Shown here: piece after piece, positions 25,636 to 39,028 of the stretch
Layout of the letters: each line of letters opens with the position of its first letter
How positions within the stretch are numbered: the first letter of the stretch is position 1
Origin: Macrostomum lignano
Taxonomy: Eukaryota
Direction: 5' to 3'
Length of the DNA stretch: 64,000 nt
Assembly: GCA_002269645.1 (NCBI GenBank)
Contig: NIVC01000873.1
Coordinates: 1 to 64,000, forward strand
Translations under genes and position numbers: made by a program
Notes under the pieces: generated by a model
The model's input: only the letters and a program-made list of their open reading frames with translations
What the model was told of the DNA's origin: nothing
Database searches by the model: none

Positions 25636-28600
25636 ATGAGACAGCAGACAGCAGTACGCAAACCTTGGATACTGTCATACGCGGTGCCGTCTAGCCGCAG
25701 ACTCGTAATTGTCAAACCTGATCGTTCAAAATTCTTTGCAACAACCAGCCAATTCAACGATTTACATTGTGTCCCCTGCAGCAGCAACTGCAAGGCTGTG
25801 ACAAATGACCACTGACTGTCGTTGCCAGCGTCTGCGCCAAGGCGGCAGTTGAAAGCTCAGAAGAATTTCAATGGCCTCCGGAAGAGAGACACACCGACAA
25901 AAAAAGAAATTGTTTCGCCACTTTGTTTCGGACGCTCTCATTCAAATTTCTGTCAGCGAAAGCAGCAGCTGCTGCTGGCACTGGACCAGAGTCGAGGCGG
26001 GTCTGGTTGCTAAGGTGTTCCATTCCTTCTGTCTTCCAGGCACTGACTGCGCTGCTGGGCATGTAATTTACATGATATTCACCCCTCCCAACACACGGAG
26101 GCTTGCCAGGCCATTCGTTTCATTTCGAATTTCGAAGTCTTCCCCCGAACCCCCTCCCACCCCATTCCTCCGTCTGTCTGCGAAGATTTAGCGGAGACGG
26201 TACTGCTTCACTTTCATTTATAAAAAAACTGATTTCTAACTTTTCACTTTAATACGAAGTGCTCGGCGGCTGGCGAAGTGCGGGAGTGGTTAACAAAAAA
26301 CTGCCTGCGTGTCCCCCCCACCGCCTGGAATGCGACAGAGTCCGGCAGCTGCGCTAAGTCGGTCTTAAATCCCCGCATATGCAATCTATGCATATCGTAC
26401 TACACACTTTTCAAATCCCATGTTTGGCAGGCATGGGGGTTAGTTGAAGGGAAATTCTCCCACTGGGTAAATGACCAAACGGCTGCCATTTTAGAAAATA
26501 GGTAAGAGAGAGAGAGAGAGCTCAGAGTTAAAATTGATTGCTAACAGGTTATGCCAGCCTGTTTGTCCCAGTGGCTTTTTGGAACGATATAGCTAGCATG
26601 ATAGAAAAGCCAACGTGCGGAATTGGGGAGTTTTTAGCGGACGCATAACTTTTGCGGCTATAGGGAGGGTCTGACAGATCGCAGTACCCCGAATCTCCCC
26701 TACCCTCCGTCTGCCTGTCTCTCCGGGTAGTGACAGCTTAACAAGTTGGCCACCGATTCAAGGCATTCATACGTACGATAGTAACGGTAATAACCGCAGC
26801 CAATGCAGTGTAATTCTTAGGGCGGGGTTTCAGCCAGAGACATTGGAGGCGGAGTTGGCGCAAGAATTGTCCGCCTTCCTGTCTCTCTCTCTATCTGACT
26901 CCGCCTCCCCGCCAGTGGCAGTAATTACTAGCGATGACAAATTGCAACGGCTGCCACCAAGTGATACTCTATAATACGAGCTGCATAAAGCTCTTCTGAC
27001 TTGATCTGGCATAACCGCGGCCTGCCTGACTGCAGTTACTGCCAAGATTGGGAGACAGCTGAAATAGGGGAGCCATATATGCGCATGATGTAGATTATCC
27101 CATCGGGTTGGGCTGGAACTATGGAATTCTGTTGTCTCTGCGACCGGCGGGATCCCGCCCAGAGAAAAGCATTCCTTAAGTGTCCATGTATACAGTATAC
27201 CCAAGAGAGGTATACTGTAGAGAGGTATTTTGCGCGAGCTGGCGCGCAAAACTTCGTGACTGCAGATTCAGCGACTACTTATCGGCACCTATTTGATTTG
27301 GACTTGGCTACATTGGTCATCCCTGTTGCATACCGAAAAACTATGCACGGTCATAAAACCTTCGCCACTTTACCAATTGTCTCCATCTGCGCAACTAATA
27401 GATGTACATGTTTGACTACTGCAAAAACCAATTCAAGTTCATTTCCACGCGATCTCTTTGTATACGGGGTATTCAGTTCCATAATCATTTCTACTTCGAA
27501 ATTGTAGAATTTCAATGCGGGTAAGCACTGATCTTTAAAGGCATAAACCACCCAAGCCCCCGTTTTCGGTGGCAAAACTACGCTCGTATAAGCTTCGAAG
27601 TTTTTTTTCCAAAGATTTTGATTACAAGCGTATAGTACTTATTATCATATTGCAATAGTATGTTATGACTTACGAGCACAACTTACTCCACCTTTTAACA
27701 AGTAAAAAAAGAAGTAACAACCGTCTTGTGCCTTTTGAAAATAAAAAATAGGTACTTGTAGTTAACAACTTCCCGGGTTTAAAAACTTTTACCTACTCGA
27801 AAAAACAAAATTAAATTAAAGCTGCCTAGTTTGCAAAAAAAACAAAAGTTTTTTGATGCACAGAGGTTTTTTTTCGTTTTTGGTATTTATTTTCATGTAT
27901 ATCTTTTAATAACTGTTTGCTAACTCTATTTTATCTAACAACTAAAAAGTTTAATTGTTGTGTTAAGTCAAATTTTAGTCAAATTTTCCGCAGTATATGC
28001 AGCTACAAAGATTGTTTTGGCGATCAGCTTTTTTCTGTTTATAAGTCAGTTACTCGTTCAAAAATATACAAAAATCTGTAGCAATTGTTTTACACAAACT
28101 TTTATTGAAATCATACAGTAACTTGTGATCTTTTATTATAGGTATTTTAAAAAACGAAGTGTATCTTAGCTAGTTCTCAACTTGTCTTACAGTTTAACCA
28201 GGTCCAGACTGCGCAAAGTATTTTTGAGAATAAAGTAAAACATTTTTTTTGTTTTACAAAAATTTATTCAGTATACTGGTTCGCAGCGAAAATCACAGCT
28301 AACAGCTAATTCCTAATTGAAGCGCTTAAGGTTTGAGGAAAACTTATTCGAACTTCCTCAGCTTTATATTAATTGGTAATATACTTAAACTAATCCACTA
28401 ATTTATATTTTTCTGTTAAAACTATTAAAATTACTGATCGAATGCCAACAAGATAGGCAAAATATTTTGTTTTCTATCTGCTTATACAAGTATAAAATAG
28501 GAAAATATACTAGGCCTAAATACACTATTCTCAATAATGTCATTGCAGTAACCATAATTTACAGTTTATTTTAAGTCTATAGTGGAAATTATATGATGTT

Positions 28601-28758
28601 ATTGATGTACAGCTTGTGTCCATTTGAATTAAATACATATATTTAACTAAATGTAGCTGAGAGAAATAACACAATTTTTTTATTATAAGTTTTAAATTTA
28701 AATGACTTTATTTTAAGTTTTTAACTTTAATCATTTATCTATTTTCAGAAAAATTAGC

Positions 28759-30229
28759 ATGGCAGAGAAAAAAGAAGGCAAAGAGCCGAAAAACGCGGTC
28801 CACCAGAATGCCATCATGGTGGAGACAATCAAGAAGGAGAATTTTCATCAGAAGCTTTACACCAACTACGGCGTTAATCCTTTTCGCAGACGTGCGTCGG
28901 TTCATACGAATTTCATTGACAGTATCTTCGTAAATTTGTATTTAAAATTTTGAATTCATTGACTGCTTGTTAAAATTTTTAGTCCACACTTTGGCGCCAA
29001 AGCCCAACGCACCACCGGAGGATCTTTCTGGCATCACGGAGGAAGACAGTGAGTTTTACTAGCTTAGTATTTGTTAAGTTAGCAATTGAGACAATTGTTT
29101 TTGTATATTTAAAAAAACCAATATCAAAACTTTTACAAAGGCCACTTTGTGGGCGTCATCGAGCGGGCCCACCTGGAGCCAACCAAGAAGTACACGGTGC
29201 CCCAGACAGAGTCCCAGGAAATTGGCTGGATTACTAAGCCTTTGGTGAGTGCAACGCCTGCGGAAATAGTGAGGCGCCTGAGTTGATAGTGAGGTGCCTG
29301 AGAGCTGATAGTGTGGCGGCTGAGTTGATAGTGAGGCGCCTGAGTTGATAGTGAGGCGCCTGAGTTGACAGTGCGACGCCTGAGTTGATAGTGAGGCGCC
29401 TGAGTTGATAGTGCGACGCCTGAGTTGATAGTGAGGCGCCTGAGTTGACAGTGCGACGCCTGAGTTGATAGTGAGGCGCCTGAGTTGATAGTGAGGCGCC
29501 TGAGTTGATAGTGCGACGCCTGAGTTGATAGTGAGGCGCCTGAGTTGATAGTGAGGCGCCTGAGTTGATAGTGAGGCGCCTGAGTTGACAGTGCGACGCC
29601 TGAGTTGACAGTGCGACGCCTGAGTTGATAGTGAGGCGCCTGAGTTGATAGTGAGGCGCCTGAGTTGACAGTGCGACGCCTGAGTTGATAGTGAGGCGCC
29701 TGAGTTGATAGTGAGGCGCCTTAGTTGACAGTGCGGCGCCTGATTTCACAGTGCGGCGCCTGAGTTAATAGTGAGGCACCTGAGTTGATAGTGAGGCGCC
29801 TGAGTTGACAGTGCGACGCCTGAGTTGATAGTGAGGCGCCTGAGTTGATAGTGAGGCGCCTTAGTTGACAGTGCGGCGCCTGATTTCACAGTGCGGCGCC
29901 TGAGTTAATAGTGAGGCACCTGAGCTCATAGTAATACGCTCGTAGTACTAATAATATTCTTACTAAAAAGTCTAGTAGTACTAATGTACTATTAATAGTA
30001 GCAATGGAAGATATCAAGTAGTGATTCAACCGCTTTACTGGTCAAAAGCTTAACTAACTCTCGATGCAACATTATGTAGAATCTTCCATAAATGTAATTG
30101 CAGCTGGAGACCAACAAGGCCGACAGCCGGCTGTATTTTCCAAAGAACAGCTGCGAGATTACTAAATACATGGACGCCTATTGGCGTTTCAAGGGCACCG
30201 ACGGAAAACCGGAAGCGAAGAAAGCATGA
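28759..30229 (+). CDS. CFAP144: FAM183/CFAP144 ciliary protein, 4 exons, 142 aa
   Basis: Exons 28759-28891, 28983-29048, 29141-29244 and 30104-30229; all GT-AG and phase-compatible, 429 nt total. Motifs VHQNAIMVETIKKE..QKLYTNYGVNPFRR, PTKKYTVPQTESQEIGW and RLYFPKNSCEITKY match FAM183 family. Confidence 0.92.
29266..29925. repeat. 20-bp minisatellite (TGAGTTGATAGTGAGGCGCC) in CFAP144 intron 3
   Basis: Starts ~20 bp after the donor. Confidence 0.96.
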
Positions 30230-32535
30230 TGGATAAATGAACTTGGTCTGACTGCATGACGTCATTAATGAAATGTGAAAAATATGAGATTTTACTGATT
30301 CTAAAATTTTTGCGGAATTCGTTCAGATATGAAATCACTGCATGTGATCCTGTTTCTCTTGCATGTACTAATTATTTTTCACAAGCTTTCCTTCTCTGAC
30401 TCTTCTGAATGCATACATATACCACTGGTAATATCTCTGTAATAATTTTGAATTTCGAAAAAATCCGAGAATTTTTGCAGATGTGTTGTTTCCATTTCTT
30501 TTTTGTTTGCAAGAATTCAAACATTTTGCAGCACTTAAATTTGATTTAGTTCAGCTATAAAATATATTGAGATCAATAAAAAACTTTGATAATTATAATG
30601 TCGCCAGAACAGGCTGTAACATTGCCTGTAACAGGCAGTCTTACGAATTTAACGCCTTCGTGTAATTTACACTGTAGATTTATAGTACGTTTGGAATTTT
30701 ATATCATCGATCCTTTGTATAAATTTCACCTCGACTTTTACCACGTGATCATACAGCCACTGTCCACACATTTGAACAAAAATTGATGAAAAATATCCAA
30801 TTTGGGCACATCTTTAAGCGATAATTTAGTAACAAAAAACGCTAGCAGCATAACTGACATCGATTTCTCTAAAATCGTAAATTCTTAATGCACGATTCTA
30901 ATGGATGTTCTACTGTACTACTGTAGTAATCGGGCCTACAACTGCCAGCAAAACATCAATTACTTTTTTAATATCTCCACAATCCTTTTTTGTTTATTTG
31001 TAGTGAGATCAGCACAAATCATCAAAACCAGGGACAGGGGCTAATTTGTTGCAGCTTAATATTTCCGTAGAATGCGAAAACACTACTTTGATTAGTTTTT
31101 GGAAAAGTTCAAGGCTCGAAACTTCTATTGTCAGAGAAAGTCTTGCTATCACTTCCAATAGCTCACAATCATGTGAGGTATCGCTCTTACTGTATTAAGT
31201 AGCGAGCAGAACCCTGTGGTATAAGTTATGTGATTGCAATAAAACATTTTGAGCTGTGAAAGGGTTAGGGTTAGGATTTTTGATGGGTATTAATTTCGAG
31301 CTTGTGAAATTTCGACGCTTGCGAATGACTTAATTTTTTTCCCAGTCACTTGTGTACTTTCGATATTGGTACCCGATATGGTAAAGTTTCGAGCCAATAA
31401 ATTACGAGCTTGTGAAATATCCAGCTAAGAAAGTTGCAATTAGTCAATCGACTGTTCTTAAGAATTTTATTTTCAGAGCCTGTGAAACTAACCCACACAA
31501 ATTTGAACTTGAATTAGTTATACGCACAGTGCTTTATTTCGTAGAATTATCAGTAAATTTCAAATGATAAGCTTCCTAGAAAAACAACACGGGTCAAAAA
31601 ATGACCAGTGAGTCAATTAGTGTCAATAGTGAGCATTAATTATTTATTAAAAAGCCCAGATAAACCCTGCGTTGGTTTTTATACGCATATGTAGTGGCAT
31701 TCGTAGGTATATATACTGATGTATTCAAGATAAATTTAAAAACTTTCATTGATGTATTTCTACTTCTAGTCAAATTGAAATCAATTTTTGCTGAGATTTA
31801 TGGACTATGAGAGAAATATTATAATCAATATTTAAATTAAAGGCGCATAGAAAAGTTAAATGGGTTTAATTTTTGCGATTTCTGAGCTTGGGGTTCTAAT
31901 TTGTCAGGAATTGTTATCAGGAAAATATCCTAGGCCTATTACAGGCCTACCCCTATCTCTTCTAGCTAGAATAAAAACTTTTGTCAATTAGGCCCTATAG
32001 GCCACAGATACTATAAACACTAGATAGGCCACTCAGGCTAATTTTCTGGGCAAGTTTTTTATTCTACTTTCTGCTTAGTAGCAATGAAAGGAAGCAACAG
32101 TATTATTTGCTAAATTAGACAAATCGAGTGACTGTTTTTAAGACATCGTTTTGCTAACGCCATAAACAACTAACTTGTTTTGTGCAGTAATGGTGTACAT
32201 TAAGACGCGACAGACAGTGTGCAATGCCGCTATCTTTCAAAGTGGAGGAAGGGGGGTAGTCTGGAATAGGGTTAATATCAGTTTCGTATAAGGCAGGGTG
32301 AGTGGATCGATAATTTAGGCCCACTGGTGGTGGGATAGAAAATAAAGGACTGCACATAGCTAGCCTGGGTTAGGGGTGGGGGTTGAGAGGTTGTGGGTTA
32401 GAAAATTTGGGGGTGGCGAATCGTGCTTAAATACAAGCTTATATAGATGAACAGGACAAGAGTCAGAGTTAAAGAAAGTTCGAGTGCATACTAGCTTTTC
32501 TATCTAATCTTGTACTCGAGAAATGTTTTGATTCG

Positions 32536-33890
32536 AACCACTGCTGTGCTCCCACTTGCACGAGCTTTGTACTAGTGCTATTAACATCCGAGAAAGAAAA
32601 ATCCGTTGCGAATGCATAAATTACCAAAAGATGACACTGGCGAAGCGCTGGCAGCAGCTACTGCAGGAGCGTGGATATTGACCTTTATAAACAATTAAAT
32701 CACGGGGCCTCCGTGTGTTCAGCTTGCACTTTATGGACGAGGCCTACTGCTGCCTTACAAAGTGCCACGGATGTGCAAGACATCTGTTTTCGCTGGGACG
32801 CAATCCCACACCAAGAGTTGATGCTGCCTCGGCTCGTTCAAATAGACCAGCTACCCTCTGTGCAAAGGACTGATAAACGATGAAGAGGCAGACGACATGT
32901 ACCCTCCAGTGCTGGGGCCAATTAGCAATCTATCTGCAGCCGAGCCTGCGACTTGCCTGCTGCCAGTGCTGTGGCAGAGCAACCTTCGGCTACCAGATTC
33001 TGCGCCGAGAACAGCTGTTGCGGCTGAAAGCTCTCACCTCTGCAGCCGATTCGCGGGTTCCAAGCGCTAGAGGCAACGATCAAGCGGCTGCAGCAACGAT
33101 CCCGAGGCCGAAAGTGACAGGCGAATCAAGCGGCTGCAGCGGCAATCCCGAAAGCGACAGGCAAATCAAGCGGCTGCAGCGGCAATCCCGAAAGCGACAG
33201 GCAAATCAAGCGGCTGCAGCGGCAATCCCGAAAACGACAGGCAAATCAAGCGGCTGCAGCGGCAATCCCGAAAGCGACAGGCAAATCAAGCGGCTGCAGC
33301 GGCAATCCCGAAAACGACAGGCAAATCAAGCGGCTGCAGCGGCAATCCCGAAAGCGACAGGCAAATCAAGCGGCTGCAGCGGCAATCCCGAAAACGACAG
33401 GCAAATCAAGCGGCTGCAGCGGCAATCCCGAAAGCGACAGGCAAATCAAGCGGCTGCAGCGGCAACATTCGATGGTCAAGGCAAGTGCAGCGCAGTCGTG
33501 CATCCATGGACTGTGGAGGCGTGGCTAGCGCAGCTTCCAGCGGTCGACTGGGCGGCAGGGCGCTCGCAGTCAGGGGTGCTCTGGTCAAAGGATGTCATCT
33601 CATCAGCAGCTCATTGCAGCTGCACCACAAAAGTCCTGCTGCTTATCGGCTGCCTGTTACGAAACCACTGAGGATTGGCTCTCCATCGGATACATCCCTG
33701 GACCTTGAAGTGGCGCATTCGCCAGTTTTTTTTCATCTGTTGGGCCGTTCTGAATGCTGCCTCTGAACAAGGGCGACTGGCGACCCTGTTCTTCAACAGC
33801 ACGCTGCGAGTTTCACAAACAGATGAGCTGATTAAGATGAGAAATCTTTCTATTTTGCTACACGAATATGGATTATGGAGTATATGATAT
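32536..33890 (+). mobile_element. Decayed THAP-domain / P-element-like transposase 5' fragment
   Basis: Across frameshifts: NHCCAPTC (32536), RMHKLPKDD-LAKRWQQLL, VCS-LHF (32713-32732) and PRLVQIDQLPSV form a C2CH THAP signature. Then LQLHHKSPAAYRL...GSPS (~33614, P/THAP9-type L.LH..SP.AY.L...LPS..TL) and EQGRLATLFFNS (~33770, resembling the pre-catalytic R.C.L.FDEM segment). Multiple stops; TIRs not identified. Confidence 0.6.
33090..33465. repeat. 40-bp minisatellite (GGCAAATCAAGCGGCTGCAGCGGCAATCCCGAAAGCGACA) inside the THAP element linker
   Basis: About 9 units. Confidence 0.95.
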
Positions 33891-35799
33891 AGCTCGTATT
33901 TGCTAAATATACAATAGTTGACTGCAATAATATAGCCTTCTATGCAATCTAAAGCATTCACAATGTTGCTTTGAATTGTGGAAAGTATAATTATAAGTTT
34001 CTTTTTGCAAAAAAATCAATACAATTGCTGCATTGCATTCATCTGTTTTTTTATTTTTAAAAAATATAAATAACGCTAAAATGTTTTTACTACTACTAAG
34101 CAGAAAGTAGAGTAAACTGTCGTGTTGTGAAAATTAGCTGGAGTGGCCTATCTAGTGTTTATAGTATCTGTGCTATAGGCCTAGTTTCTTAATATTCTTC
34201 ATTAGAAGTAGTACTAGTAGCTAAAGTAATTTCAAACTGGACATTTTGGGGAAAATTTTGATGTTCATTGTATTTTGGAGGCATATAAATGGTTTTAATA
34301 GTACTTCTATTATTAGAAAGTAAATAAAATACTAGACCCCTTAACCTTTGTATTGTCCCAATCCATAAATTGTTGACAGGTTACACCAAACTCATTGATA
34401 TCTAATTTGTCAATAGACCCAAAATTTAAGAAATTAAAGGAAAGCAAATTTGTCAATAGTGATAACAAGCTAAGCAAATTTGTCAATAATAGGGCCTAAG
34501 ACAAACAAACTTATTTGGCTAAAGTTATTCCTTAAGCAATTTAAGGCAATAATATAAATTTCTTCAATTTAATGAGCAAAATATTGCCAAAGACTTCAAT
34601 ATAGACCTAACTTCATGACTGCATATATTAAATGCTATTGTACTCCAAATCTAACAAATTGAACAACCAATGCTATGCATATAATACCATATTAAATATA
34701 GGCCTATTGACTATTGTAGTTGAGTATTTAGATATACATATATCAAGAGTCTATTGGCCATAGTCTGGTAGGTGGCCTTTACACAAGAAAATCTGTTTCT
34801 ACAAAAAATAGCTATTTTAAAGTTTAGGGCCTAGTAAAAGTTTTAAATTCCTAAAAATTACCTATATATATTTTTTTCTAGGGATACCTATTCATTAAAA
34901 ATGGCATATAAACAATTTTAGTCTTAGTGTAAAATTTTTTTAATTTTTTTGTCTGTATACTGCATAAAATAGAAAAAAACATGAATTTTCATTTTGGCAT
35001 ATACCTCCTATGATCTAGACTATGGTCTATTGGGGCATAGCAGTTTGTATACTGCATCAGGCCTATATCTTTTATACTTTATTGCATCTTTTGAGTGAAG
35101 CAAGTAACTTTAATTCAAGTTTAATCCAAGTCTTGTTTATCTTTTCAATTAGGCCTATTTATTAACAAGGTTTTGTTTGAGTATGACTTTAGATTTCAAA
35201 AGCATACAAAAAAAGTTCTAAAGTATATTGGAATTCAGCAGGTTTAAAATCTGTGGGTTTTTATAGTTTGTAAAATGTTAATATCAAACAAAAAAAAAAT
35301 TGCTTTCATTATAATACATGTGTCTTCTTAATCTTAATAGGCTTTATCTTATAATTTTAGTATATAATAAAATAAATATGGCAAAATCAATTATTGGGGC
35401 AAGTTTTTTGAAAGTTTATTTTTTCAATAGCAATAAATCTATAAGATAAATTATTTTAAGTTTAAAAAGTTAGAAACATCTATTAAAGTACAAATTATTT
35501 ACATATAGCCTTATCTTTGATAAAATGATTTGTTAAAATGGTAAATTTAATTACAACTAAAATGACTATTAAAAATGATAGAAAAACTCTGATTATGTAT
35601 TTATTAACCTTAAGTATCTTATATCAATAAATTATATTATGCAATAATATATTTAATATTCTTTTTAGGGGTTTATTTTTCTTTATTTTTCTTTATCTTT
35701 TTTGTTACTATTGACAATGTGTATTTTGTAGAGTTTGTCTGCAATAAATACTGTATTTAATATAAGTTTATTATTAATCATACAAATTCCCACAAGAAT

Positions 35800-36660
35800 A
35801 AAAAAATTGCATTTTACTCAGCTTCTAATGAAACAATTTGGAAATTCTTGTATACATGCCACAACGATATATATTTAAGTGTGATTTCATTGTTTGTTGC
35901 TAATAAGCCTATAGGAAGCATCTGATTTAGAAGCTGGATAACATAGAAATTCCTATAAAGATTGGAAAATTGCATTTTACTAAGCTTCTACTAAAGCAAT
36001 TTGGAAAAACTTTTCCTGCATATATGCCACAATAATACATATTTAAGTATGATTTTATTGTTCTTTGTTGCTTAATAAGCCTATAGGAAGCATCTGATTT
36101 GAAAGCCAGGTAACAGAAATTCCCATAAGGATCAGAAAATTGCATTTTACTCAGGTATTATTAAAGCAACATATATGCTCAATATACCCATCTAAACCAG
36201 ATGGGTGAAATGGCTGCCAGCCAAGGTAAGTCACAAAATTGAAAACACAAAAAATGAAAAATTGGGAGAAGAAAGAAAGGAGAGGAAGAGAAAAGGAAAA
36301 GAAAGGAGAGAGAAGAGAAAAGAAAGAGAAGAGAGAAAAAGAAAAAGAAGAAAAAAGAAAAAGGCAAGAAAAGTCATATACAAAGTGAAAATTAAGTTGC
36401 AATTAGGAAATTTGCAATTGAGAAGAACTAAGTCCCAATTGGGAGGAACTAAGTTGCAATTGGGAGGAACTAAGTTGCAAATCTGGACAAAACTAAGTCG
36501 CACTAGATGGGTAAAATTTTGAGGTTGGGAATGTATGTGAACAATTTGGAAAATTCTTTTTTTCTTATATACATATTGCAATAATACATATTTAAGTGTA
36601 ATTTCTATGTTCTTTGTTACTGAATAAGCCTACAATAAGCATTTGATTTAGATGCTAGAT
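35800..36660. repeat. Old, diverged ~170-bp direct repeats in an AT-rich block
   Basis: AAAATTGCATTTTACT...CAATTTGGAAA...ATATTTAAGT...AATAAGCCTA...AAGCAT.TGATTT recurs near 35803, 35967, 36137 (partial) and 36540. Confidence 0.75.
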
Positions 36661-39028
36661 TCATACTTTGGTATACCATTTTTTACTCAAATTTTTTAAA
36701 GTCTAAATATGGGCCTATTACATGCACTAATACTATACAAGTTGATATTTAAATAAAAGAAAACAACTTAAAGATTATTTTGCAACAAGGAATGAGTGGT
36801 ATATTTACTTTTAGAGAGAAATTTTGCTGGCAAACTTTGCACTTTGAAATTTGTATGCATTTTTGAGAGTTTGTGGTTTTAGAAAACTATAGAAATCTTT
36901 AGAAGTCCTTTATCCTTTTGAATAAAATAAAAATTAAAACACAGAATATTTTCTGTTTTGTAAGTAATAAAAAATTTGCCTTCTTTGAGGTGTACAAGTC
37001 TTAAAATTAGCTGTTTAGTAATGAAAAAAGTGAAGCAAAAATTTGTGAAGCAGTCAACTCAGACTTTTAAAATGCTATTTTGTGTTTTTTTACTCATTAA
37101 TTCAACAATGTGAAGTATGAAAACAATAGTTTTTATCCAGAACCGTTTTTTTTTATGACCTATCTGTCTTTCAAAAAGCTTTTTAGATAGAAAATAGAAA
37201 TTTTAGAAAATTTAAGTTTTTGACAATTGAAATCCTATGCACTTTATAGGAATAATTAAGAAATTTACAAAAACTTATATGCATAGCAACCTTGAAAAAC
37301 CTATCATATTGACATTAAAAAATATATTTTCTTTCTTTAGGTTATTTTTCTCCCTCTTCATTGCAATCAAATGTAAATGTACAAAAAATAATATAATTAT
37401 TTAGACTTATTAATAATTATAAATTATTCTTTTATAAAAAAGTATCAGACTATGTATCAAAATATTGGAATTGAAAAAAGTATTGTGCAATAGGCAATAG
37501 GTATACAGTTTTATTTTATTAATAAATGTGTTGCAGAGCATTTATTATATTGTTATTAGATAACTTTTTAGGTATTATAAACTATGATACTGAGAAACAA
37601 ACTAGGGTATGCAAATGCTAAGTGCTAAAAAGCATAAAAACTACTCTAGGTAGGGCAGGGGTAGGTTGAGGCAAGGCATATAGTATAAACACTAGACAGA
37701 GCAAGAATGTTAGATTAAATTTCAAATTTATAAAACATTAGGGCAAATTTTGAGTCTAAGTTTTTGAGAATCAAGGCATTAAGGCAAAACATTTATAGTC
37801 TTAAATATATTAAACCTATATTTTAAAAATTTATAAATAATTTGTTTCTATATTTAAAAAAACCACATTAGTAATAGATGACAATATTCTTTAAGATATT
37901 TTTATAGTATATTTAATAATTATCAACAATGTTTTTGGAATAAATTTGAAATAGAAGTTTAAAGCTTAGAAATATTATTTGTATATTGCATAATATTTAA
38001 TAACATAATTATAAGATTTGTGTATCAATTATCATCAAAAAATTTTATATTGTCATTTAATATTAATATTTTGGTTATTCCAATTTTGATTTGAAATCTT
38101 ATAACAGTAATTATAATAATTGTTGTACTTCTACCTTTGTTGCTTTTCCCTTTCAACCATAGATAATATTATATACTATGTAAAAAGCCCAGAGTATAAG
38201 ACAAGAACTATGTCCCAGAGTGCTATAACAAAAAGCTCTTAATTGGTAACAACAAGGTACAGCCAATTTTGGAATATAAAAAAATTAATTTTCAAGATCA
38301 AACAGACATAAAGTAACCTAATTTTCATAGATCATCATAGATATTTAAAAAATTATAAACATATGCTAAAACAATTGAATTGTTATATTATTATAGCTAA
38401 AATTCATTTAAATATAACTAGATAAAGAGCATAAATCATGATTAGACAAATAACATACAGTTTTTTTAACTTATTACAAATTTTTGATATAAAGCTATCT
38501 TCATTTGATCTTGCTACTTTTTAGATATTTTTAAATTGGCTTAATCAAATGCATTAATAAAAAATACAATAGTCACTGGCTAACAGCAAGGGTATACATT
38601 GATTTTGTCAGCTGCCTTTTTATTTGCTGGTAGATAAAACAACTGTTTCTAGTAGATAAATATAATGTAGGTCCCAGTTCTGCAGGCTGGCTAACTAAGT
38701 AAATAAGAAAATATATATATATATATAATTAGTATACTTAAATAATATTTATACAAATTGCATGCTATATCTTTGCAATACTTTTATATTTTATATTCTT
38801 TGTATATGCACAACAAAATAAATAATTGCATTAGTGTCCAATGCAAAACATAGCACTTAATAATCTGCTAAATTATGTATGCTCATACATGTAAATGTAC
38901 ATATACTTTATTGTATACATTTTACTGTGGAACATTTGATAAGTAAAAACTAATTGGGAAAAATCTCATTGAGAAACTTTCAAAAAATTTCTATCCAGAG
39001 TTTTATTAGCAATCAAATTGCATTCGAA

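Noticed and set aside
27121-27507. 128-aa Cys-containing ORF
   Set aside because: No recognisable motif, codon use unlike the real exons, no splice partners.
31261-31275. AGGGTTAGGGTTAGG telomere-like repeat
   Set aside because: Only about 2.5 units; such short tracts are common inside non-autonomous elements and do not indicate a telomere or fusion site.
36179-36581. K/R/E-rich and F-rich ORFs
   Set aside because: Arise from a purine-rich low-complexity tract at 36260-36370.
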